Source of the DNA: Octopus sinensis
Lineage: Eukaryota
DNA: 64,000 nucleotides
Direction of reading: 5' to 3'
Assembly: GCF_006345805.1 (NCBI RefSeq)
Contig: NC_043008.1
Coordinates: 32,178,001 to 32,242,000, forward strand
The notes below the pieces were generated by a model. That model was not told the origin of the DNA. It did not search any database and saw only the letters and a program-made list of their open reading frames with translations. Each line of letters starts with the position of its first letter. Position 1 is the stretch's first letter. The translations under genes and the position numbers were made by a program. This document shows positions 56,587 through 64,000 of the stretch, piece after piece.

Positions 56587-57124
56587 CTTTTGGAATTTTG
56601 GGGTTTAGTGTACTCGTGGGTATTGTACTAGTTAATATCGTCGTCATTGTTGTTGGTGTTGTTGTTGTTGCTTCTGTTGTTGATGCTCTGGTTGTTGTTG
56701 CTTCTGTTGTTATTGTTGTTGTTGGTGGTGATGGTGGTGCGGTTGTTATTCTGCTTCCTGTTGCAAGTAGTTTTGTTTGTGGAACTGTGTACTGAGCTGT
56801 AGTGGTAGAACGTATATTTGTTGAACGTACAGTTGTAGGACTCACAGAGGCACTGGGCTTGCAGTCGTCCCAGTAGGAATTAACCTCAACACAAGCCGAA
56901 CCACTTTGTGACCAGACCAGACCATAAGCACATGCTGGCATTAATATTGGTCGTCCGTAAATGCAGAAGTAATACTTGCTACAGTTTTGTGGGTCTCTTT
57001 CCCATTGTGTTGGTCTGGTAGAACGACAAGGATATTTAGGGCTGTACGTAAGGTGTGCTGTTGGTACGTATAAAAGAAGAATAAGGGAGCTGAGAAGTAG
57101 ATTGCTGTAATGATGTAAATGCAT
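56587..57124 (-). CDS. Coding exon 1 of a secreted multi-CBM14 chitin-binding, mucin-like protein (signal peptide, CBM14 domain, Thr-rich stalk)
   Basis: ATG at 57124 and a hydrophobic signal peptide (LLLSSLILLLYV). Six-Cys peritrophin-A pattern (C..DPQNCSKYYFC..C.YGLVWS....C..DDC), followed by a TTTEATTT-rich stalk. Ends AAAG|GTATGT (phase-1 donor at 56586). A polypyrimidine tract and AG acceptor lie about 42 nt upstream of the ATG (exon start about 57166). Confidence 0.88.
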
Positions 57125-58095
57125 TGTGTTTAGTGGATATATGATACCCTAAAGAACTGTCAATGTCTATAAAATATGATCAGAGAAAAGGAAAATAAGA
57201 ATAAGATGCTGTGACTGTTAACAGTGAACTTATCTTTGCTGTGAATACTTTAATAAGTAAACTGAATGAAGACTGTTAAGAGAACACGAAGCAAATACGA
57301 AAGAAAATTGGCTATTTGATCAGATGAGTAAATATTGAAGGGTCTCAAAAAAAATGTTTAGGTGCACCTCTCTTGATATGTACAACCTTCAAGTGATTAA
57401 CAGCGCTGTTTTACTTTTGTAAATCTTGTTCAATGAGCTCGCGTTTGGAGCAAACACGCAAACTGACACACTTTCTCACTGCGACTGTGTATTCAAGCAA
57501 GTTTGTCAAATATACTCAGTGAGTTTAGAATAAGGATTAGACCGAGGAATCAACTCGAGATTTATACAAGGCTTGAAGTTGGTGGGAAGACGTGGTGGTA
57601 GTATTGTTGTTGTTGTTGGTGGTGGTTGTAGTGATAGTGGCAGTGGTAGTGGTGTTAAAGCGAAGAGATTTAGCGATCTTTACTCTATGTAAAGAAAACT
57701 CTGAAAGTAAGAAATAAATAAAGAAAAGAAGGATATCAAACAGAAAGATCGCCGTCTAGTTGTAACATTCTTTCAAAATAATTGTTACTCCTCTACTGTT
57801 CCATATTCTAGTGACCACCTCGTCGAATATTTTTCTTTTTTTTTTGCTTTGTTTTGTATTTTCTCCCACTTCACAGCGTCCTTGGATTTCAGACAATAAA
57901 ATATAATAATTCCAGTTTAGAAAATTCGGTTTAGTTTATTTAACTATTGGTCGGTTGTATTTTAGCTAACTTTCATTAATCTTCATTCGCTTCGGTAAAT
58001 GTTTTTGCTTCTTTTTGTTATTGTTTATTGCTTTTAGTGTTTGCCGACGATGACGACGACGGAGCTGTACACAGCAGTGGCAGGAGACCAGCGTT

Positions 58096-58173
58096 GAAAT
58101 GATGTGCGTTCGATGTGAGTGGCACCTATTATACCTTGGCTAAGTCAACCTGGCCGACAACCTGCTGACGTCA
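58096..58173 (-). promoter_or_regulatory. Candidate core promoter of the chitin-binding gene (CRE, TATA, Inr)
   Basis: Perfect TGACGTCA at 58166-58173, minus-strand TATAATAG at 58133-58126, and Inr-like TCATTTC with its A at 58100 (TATA starts at -33). All point towards the ATG at 57124. Confidence 0.55.
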
Positions 58174-58632
58174 TCGCAATTCCCATCTGGAACCACTTGG
58201 AAAGAAACCACCACCATCACCACTATCAACATCGACTATCAGCCCAACAGACCCGCTACCACCATCGCCATCTTACTTCCTATTTCTTTTTAAAGTCTTG
58301 CCTTTTTCTTTTTTTGCAATTGACTCCTCTCGCTTTTCCTCCTCTTTTGTTTATATATTTATTTGTTTATTTATTTGTATATGAAATTGCTTTTTTTTTT
58401 GTTACACCTGTCTCCCCTTCAGCCTTTTTTCATGTTCGCACGTTCCTCCACCCACACCTCATCCTCATACTGCCACTGTCTTTACTACAAACACCTACAC
58501 GGCCTTACGTTGACTGCAGGACAACCCTAACGACTGCTTTGCGATTGGTTACATTTACACATTACTATGCCATCCTCCCCTCCTCTCTCTCTCACTCACG
58601 CACATTAATATATACGGAGTCACATTCGTGTA

Positions 58633-58682
58633 CACGTTATAAAATGTCCATATATGTGTGTGTGTATATATATGTATATATT

Positions 58683-58719
<37 letters not shown>

Positions 58720-58925
58720 ATATATGTATATATATAAATGTGTATACATATATATATATATTTATGTATGTATGTATGCACGTTATAAAATGTCCATTTA
58801 TAAATATATATATATACATATACATACATACATACATACAAACATATATATATATATATATATATGTGTGTGTATTTATATGTATATATATATGTATGTA
58901 TGTATGCACGTTATAAAATGTCCAT
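58633..58925. repeat. Three copies of the 19-mer CACGTTATAAAATGTCCAT separated by microsatellite spacers
   Basis: Starts at 58633, 58779 and 58907 (spacing 146 and 128 bp). Confidence 0.9.
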
Positions 58926-58941
58926 CCATCCATACATACAA

Positions 58942-59111
<170 letters not shown>

Positions 59112-59451
59112 AAATTACCTGGAAATGGATGCGTGGCTTGCGATCATATATTAATATAAATAGTATATAAATATATGCATATATACATATATATATGTAC
59201 ATGCCTACATATGTATATGTAAATGTATGTATACATATATATTTAGGTATGTACATATATATATGCATTTATTTATATATTATTTATATTATGTGTGTGT
59301 GTGTATTTGTGTTAGTGTGTGTGTGTGTGTGCGTGTGTGTATATATAAAATTCTTCAAGCGGGTGCCCCAACATGGCCGTGGTCTAATGACTGAAACAAA
59401 ATCAAAAAGGTAAAAAGGATATAAATTAATATTACCTTTATTTTACCTTTT

Positions 59452-59828
59452 ATACTTGTTTTAGTAATTGGACTGCGGCCATACTGGGGCACCGCCTTGG
59501 AGAATTTTTAGTCAAATAAATCGACCACAATTCTTATATTTATCTTTAATCCATCATTCTCTTTTGCCGAGCAGCTAAGTTACGTCGACGTAAACACACC
59601 AACACAGGTTGTCAAGCAGTGATGGGGGACCAAACGCAGACAAAATAGACACAAACACACACATGCATACGGCAGCTTCTTCCAGTTTCCGTCTACCAAA
59701 TACACTCACTGGCTTTGGTCGGCCCGAGGCTATAGTAGAAGACGCTTGCCCATGGGTCCACGCAGTGGGATTGAATCCGGAACCATGTGGTTGGGAAGCA
59801 AACTTCTTACTACACTGCCACTTCTGCG

Positions 59829-59829
<1 letters not shown>
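59452..59829 (-). mobile_element. SINE family A, full-length copy, head-to-head with the copy at 59904
   Basis: Reverse-complement match to the family A head, body and tail. Confidence 0.85.
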
Positions 59830-59883
<54 letters not shown>

Positions 59884-60516
59884 TGTGTGTGCGTGCGTAT
59901 ATAGGCAGAGGCGTAGCTGTGTGCTGAGAAGCTTGCTTCCTATCCACTTGGTTCTGAGTTCATCCCCACTGCGTGGCATCTTGGGTGTCTTTTACCATAG
60001 CCTCGGACCGACCAAAACATTTTGAGTGGATTTAGTAGACGAAAACGATGCTTAGCGATATTTCGTCTGCCGTTTACGTTCTGAGTTCAGGTTCCGCCGA
60101 TGTCAACTTTGCCTTTCATCCTTTCGGGTCGATCAAATAAGAACTAGTTACACACTGGGGTCGATGTAATCGACTTACCTCCTTTCCGTAAATTTCAGGC
60201 CTTGTGCCTATAACAGAAATATATATATATATATATATATATATCCTTAAATCCATAAAAATGTTTTAGCCCGAAGGCCGCACCACCGCTGTATATATAT
60301 ATATATTATTAATAACTGGTATTAATATATTAATATTAATATATTTTATATGTAAAGCATATGTTATACATGTATGTATATTCTTGTAATAGTCATTTTA
60401 GTAAATAGATAAGTTGACATAATATAATGTCTAAAAATTGATGAACCACCTATTGATCTCCTCCATTTTCTTATTGCTCCATCCATCTATCCATACATAC
60501 ATACATACATACATAG

Positions 60517-60563
<47 letters not shown>

Positions 60564-60591
60564 GTAAGTATGGAGAGAGAAGGAGAAACAC

Positions 60592-60622
<31 letters not shown>

Positions 60623-60901
60623 TGTGCATATATCTGTGTGTGTGTGTGTGTGTTTGTCCTTCCACCAGCGCTTAACAACTGGTGTTGGTGTGTTTACGTC
60701 CCCGTAACCTAGAGGTTCGACAAAGAGGATAGAATAAGTACCAGGCTTAAAGAAAATAATGCGGTTGATTCATTCAACAAAAATTTCTTCACGGCGGTGC
60801 TCCAGCATGACCGCAGTCTAACGACTGCAACAATTAGAAAATTAGAGATATATAAGTATATAGTTTGTGTATAATTATATGTCTGTGAGTGCTCATGTGT
60901 T

Positions 60902-60932
<31 letters not shown>

Positions 60933-61152
60933 GTATACACAAACACATACACACACACAGACACACACACACTCACACACACACATATGTATGTGGCTGT
61001 ATGGTAAGAAGTTTGCTTCTCAACCACATGGTTCCAGGTTCAGTCCCACTGCGTAGCACCTTGGGTAAGCGTCTACCAAATCTACTGTGAGTGGATTTGG
61101 TAGACGGAAACTGAAAGAAGCCTGTCGTATCCTACATACATCCTACATACAT

Positions 61153-61262
<110 letters not shown>

Positions 61263-61495
61263 GTATATAAGTACTTATATATGTACTTGTGTGTCTGTGC
61301 TTGTCTCCCCACCCTCGCTTGGCAACCGAGTTAGTGTGTTTACACCCCCGTTAATTAGCGATTCGGCAAAAGTGACCGATAGAATAAGTACTAGGCTTAC
61401 AAAAATTAAGTTCTGGGGTTGATTTCTTCGACTAAAGGCGGTGCTCTAGCATGGCCGCAATCAAATGACACTAACTTCTGTTCCTATATTGCAAA

Positions 61496-61526
<31 letters not shown>

Positions 61527-61917
61527 GTAAATAAATAACTAAGGGGGTTATGAAAAAATTTCATGAGATTTGGTTGTAATTTCTAGCATGTGGAGATACC
61601 TTCTAGGCTTAACTTTATGCGCTGGTTGAAAATCATTAAAAAAAATTTCTGGGGTCGTTACATTCGAATAAAAATTCTTCAAGGTGGTGCCCCAGCATAG
61701 CCGCAGTCTAATAACTGCAACAATTAAAAAGGAAAAAAAATCTGGGGTCGATATGTCCAACTAAAAATTCTTCAAGGCGAACCCCAGCATGGCCTCAGTC
61801 TAATGACCAAAACAAGTAAAGGGTGAAAAAAAAAAAAAACTCAAAAATTTTAGCAAAATATAACCATGGGGTTTTTGTCCACTTTCACACTTTAACTATG
61901 GGGCTTTTGTAAATATG

Positions 61918-61950
<33 letters not shown>

Positions 61951-62041
61951 TTAAGTTAATTAGAGGACATATTAACTTCTTAACTGATTATATATATCTA
62001 TATATATATATATATTTCTTTTGTTATCTTACCGTTTTTAC

Positions 62042-62130
<89 letters not shown>

Positions 62131-62247
62131 TGTAACTATATATGTATGTATGTTATTATGGTTGTCGTTTTGATAAATAAATAAGTCAACATTTTAATGT
62201 CCTAAAGTTGATGAACCAACAAATGTGCTTCTCCATTTTCTTATTTG

Positions 62248-62298
<51 letters not shown>

Positions 62299-62301
<3 letters not shown>

Positions 62302-62469
62302 TGACAGAATGAGATAAAAATCCAAGGCTGGATATAGTTTCCAGAACGTTTATAAAGAAAAGGTCTTACAGCTGTTTCCGGGATTTTTATATATCACTTT
62401 GTGGTCTATCCATAGCACTTACTTAGCATTACCTCTCATACCATATGTATATATATATATATTATATAT

Positions 62470-62539
<70 letters not shown>

Positions 62540-62738
62540 TATTATATATATACATATATATATATATATTATATATATATATATATAATTGACAGAATGA
62601 GATAAAAAAAATCCAAGGCTGGAAATAGTTTCCAGAAGGTTTATAAAGAAAAGGTCTTACAGCTGTTTCCGGATATTTTATATATCACTTTGTGGTCTAT
62701 CCATAGCACTTACTTAACATTACCTCTCATACCATATG
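62299..62738. repeat. Tandem direct duplication of a pLTR-like unit of about 150 bp (62299-62447 and 62587-62738) separated by (AT)n
   Basis: The copies differ by a few substitutions and an A-run length. Both contain GGTCTTACAGCTGTTTCC. Confidence 0.9.
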
Positions 62739-62972
62739 TATATATATATATATATATTATATATAAGAATGTTTAAGTAGTTGAATGAATTAACCTAGTA
62801 TGGATAATTCGGTTAACCGATACCCGGGTAGCAAATTTACGTCAGAAAGCACGGTTAAAGCTACATGCCAAGGGCAGAAATCACGTGCTTTCGTGTGGAA
62901 ATTTGTGTGTTTTTTTTACTATAGATAAATGAAAGAATGGAGTCGAACGACGATTTAACAAAATTCCTTTAT

Positions 62973-63048
62973 TCTCGACATGTGTTTCGAAGACTGCATT
63001 AATTCCGAAGGAATAAAGGGTGCATTATGCCGCATTCTCACCAGGAAA
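62973..63048 (-). ncRNA. Degenerate hammerhead motif in a pLTR-like fragment
   Basis: UUUC-CUGGUGA-(imperfect stem II)-CGAAAC-ACAU-GUC-GAGA, with an A6G core change. Confidence 0.4.
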
Positions 63049-63626
63049 GACAAGGAACTTATGTCAGCATCATGACGAACAAAAGCATTTAGATGACTGC
63101 CCACACGGAGTCCATAGTGATGCGACGCGAATGGTATTCACATATACATCGAACCGGTGACTGTGTTAAGTAATAAGACACTAAAAGAGAATGACTCGCC
63201 CCAGACACAATAATGTGTGTGTGTGTGGTGTGTGTGTGTAAATTTCTATCAATAAAGATACAAAGTGACTCAAGAACTGAGTGTTTCATGCATTTACAAG
63301 CGATATCAGTTCTTAATTTTTTTTTATAAATCTGATACTTATTCTATCGGTCTTTAAGCTATGATAACGTCAACAAACCCATATCGGTTGACAAGCGGTG
63401 ATAGTTGGAACAAGTACAAACACAATGACATATATATATGTATAAACAACACACACACACACACATACATTCAACTGGCTTCCACACAGTTTCTGTACAC
63501 CAGATTCACTCACAAGACATTGGTTAACTCTGGGCTATAGTACGAGCTATTTGCAGAAGTTGCTGCGGTGTGAGATTGAACCTGGAACCAAGTGGTTGGG
63601 AAGCAAACTTCCTACCACACAACCAT

Positions 63627-63657
<31 letters not shown>

Positions 63658-63662
<5 letters not shown>

Positions 63663-63856
63663 AAATTTAAAGGACTGACCACTAAAAGTGGACGGTCAAC
63701 ATGCTAGATATAGGCGTCAAATCGCTATTTTCCACAAAGAATATGTTCTCAAATACAATATTTGAGAACATATTCTTTGTGGAAAATAGCGATTTGACGC
63801 CTATATCTAGCATGTTGACCGTCCACTTTTAGTGGTCAGTCCTTTAAATTTTGTAT
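63658..63856. repeat. Perfect palindrome with 98-bp arms and a 3-nt spacer (CAA)
   Basis: 63658-63755 is the exact reverse complement of 63759-63856. Confidence 0.97.
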
Positions 63857-63946
63857 GTAAAAATATTTTAATCTTCGGATTTTCTAAATATGCTAGGCCA
63901 CTGGTTTTAATTGATTAATATCAATTTCTACCCTTATTAAATTTTA

Positions 63947-63992
<46 letters not shown>

Positions 63993-64000
63993 ATATATAT

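Noticed and set aside
58633-58925. CRISPR-like repeat-spacer appearance
   Set aside because: Only three repeats, spacers are 110-130-bp microsatellites, the context is eukaryotic, and there are no cas genes.

Overview
This is AT-rich eukaryotic DNA, very probably from an octopus; I infer this from the repeat families and the density of microsatellites. One protein-coding gene can be rebuilt by hand on the minus strand. It has three coding exons (57124-56587, 23963-23748, 10328-9328) joined by two phase-1 GT-AG introns of about 32.6 kb and 13.4 kb. They give a 584-aa secreted protein: signal peptide, one chitin-binding type-2 (CBM14/peritrophin-A) domain, a Thr-rich mucin-like stalk, then six more CBM14-like domains. 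About 1 kb upstream of the ATG is a candidate CRE-TATA-Inr core promoter in the right orientation. The rest of the window is repeats: at least three tRNA-derived SINE families, R4/Dong-like LINE fragments in (TAA)n, Penelope-like elements with degenerate hammerhead-ribozyme motifs, a decayed full-length mariner, a two-headed mariner derivative, two inverted non-autonomous Helitrons flanking exon 2, several MITEs and CR1-like fragments. There are also two related solo-LTR-like units in one (TATG)n array, several long palindromes, and an exact 145-bp copy of coding sequence 1.07 kb downstream of its source. Most ORF-track entries are microsatellite artefacts. No database searches were run, so all family names rest on motif recognition.
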